Assembly: GCF_006345805.1 (NCBI RefSeq)
Contig: NC_043010.1
Span: forward strand, 28,582,001-28,646,000
DNA: 64,000 nt
Direction: 5' to 3'
Origin: Octopus sinensis
Taxonomy: Eukaryota
Below the pieces are notes generated by a model. That model ran no database searches. It saw nothing but the letters and a program-made list of their open reading frames with translations, and had not been told where the DNA came from. Position numbers and translations under genes: made by a program. Shown in pieces: positions 62,657-64,000 of the stretch (position 1 is its first letter; every line of letters begins with the position of its first letter).

Positions 62657-63584
62657 TAGTTGATTAAATTGACCCTTGGAATTGACTGCTTGACTGATAC
62701 TTTATTTAAGTGACCAGCCTTTCACCAAGGTTAACAGACTCCTTTCCACACACAAGAATCTTGTATGGTAGCTGTACACTCTGCTAAGGACCTTAGCCAG
62801 TCCTTAATATCCTCGCTCCATCTTCATCTTTCTCACCCACATGCTTTTTTTACATTCAGCCAGCCTCCAAAGTGGCTCAGGGCCCTGAACTCAAATTCTA
62901 TCACAACTTATTGATCAATTCAAAGGTATAATGCAAGACACTTGCTCAAGGTGTCACCTAGTGAAATCGAACCTAGAACCTCACAACATCACATATTCCA
63001 GTCCTTGTTCATTTCACTTTATCAGTCTGTATATCTATGTAGTTCTGGTAGCTTGCAGTCATAAGATCCAGGTTCAATTTGACTCTGCACCATAACATAG
63101 ATAGCATTATGAGAGAAAGTAGATCGAAAGGAACTATGCAAAAGCTTGACTTGTGAATATTGCTATACTTTAACCCTTGCTGTGTGAGAACCAAGTATAT
63201 ACAAGAAGTGAGTTAACTCATTTTTTCTATTTCATATGGCGCATATGTACATTTTATTTTTACTGACTAATAGGAAGAGATTACAAGAACTTATTTGCAT
63301 TCTGTGTCAGGACATTAGTATGCAAAAATTTAATCAACACAGTGAAGATTAAAGAGCCAGTCTTGTTACACATTGCACCAAACCGATTCTACCATAGGAT
63401 TCTGCTAAGTATGATAGTTGTGAGAAGATTGTTCTGTTGTTTCCAATAACTCTGTGTGGTTCCTGCAGCTTTTACATAACACAGACCAGTTTTTACATAA
63501 CAAGACTGATATGAGATGGGCAGATCTTGTGACACTGAGGGCATTGAAAGTGACCCTGCAGGGGGTCAATGATGACATCACTCT

Positions 63585-63854
63585 TCATGCAGTATCACAC
63601 ACAGATATCCATGCCTTCTGATAAAAAGCCAGGGGTTCAAACTGGTTGGGAAGGACACCGCATAAAATGAGAGACTGCTTGGGAAAGGTCATGAAAATGA
63701 AGTTTTGGATGTCCATGGGGCTTACTTCCAGTCTTGATCTCGCTGAAAAAGACCATCTTGGGAGCCAGTTACCAGGCATCTGAATTACATGGTTAACCCA
63801 GTGGAGAAGATGATGAAAGATACTGACCTCAGTGCTGTAGATCATCTCATCCAT
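63585..63854 (-). mobile_element. C-terminal remnant of a second, distinct RTE-type LINE
   Basis: LLHWVNHVIQMPGNWLPR..KQSLILCG..AWISVC resembles the RTE C-terminal pattern LRWAGHVxRMxxxRLPK. Confidence 0.55.
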
Positions 63855-64000
63855 TTATTTACTTGTTCTTGTGAAATTTGCTTTATATGTATATGGCATC
63901 CTACTGACACGTAGTGAGTGTGTATGGTTCACTTGAAAATGGGTTTGAATATGTATGTGTTTGAGTGTGCATGTATATATATGTGTACAGCTGTTTACAT

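Overview
Eukaryotic, very repeat-rich genomic DNA, most likely from an octopod cephalopod (inferred from the SINE/LINE families and the dense TA/TATG microsatellites; not database-confirmed). Most of the window is nested mobile DNA: at least five RTE-clade LINE copies plus several 3'-end fragments, nearly all embedded in (TA)n arrays; a young CR1-clade RT with an uninterrupted 519-aa ORF inserted in a Tc1 (DD34E) element; older CR1, L1/Tx1 and RTE remnants; the 5' half of a LINE with a CCHC ORF1; maT (DD37D) and mariner (DD34D) remnants; non-autonomous Helitrons, a Helentron-like element, MITEs and tRNA-derived SINEs. One host gene is well supported: a C2H2 zinc-finger gene with a single coding exon (44008-45480, +). 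The two most notable observations are (1) its four tandem fingers alternate Q..H..A/V and R..N..R helices, which by the zinc-finger recognition code predicts binding to (GA)n, making it a candidate GAGA-factor/CLAMP-like protein, and (2) a recurring set of short foldback or solo elements carrying minimal hammerhead-ribozyme cores with a palindromic helix III (Penelope-like), one with a compensatory U3-A8 core. All coordinates were read by eye and can be off by a few bases; repeat family names are motif-based, not database hits.
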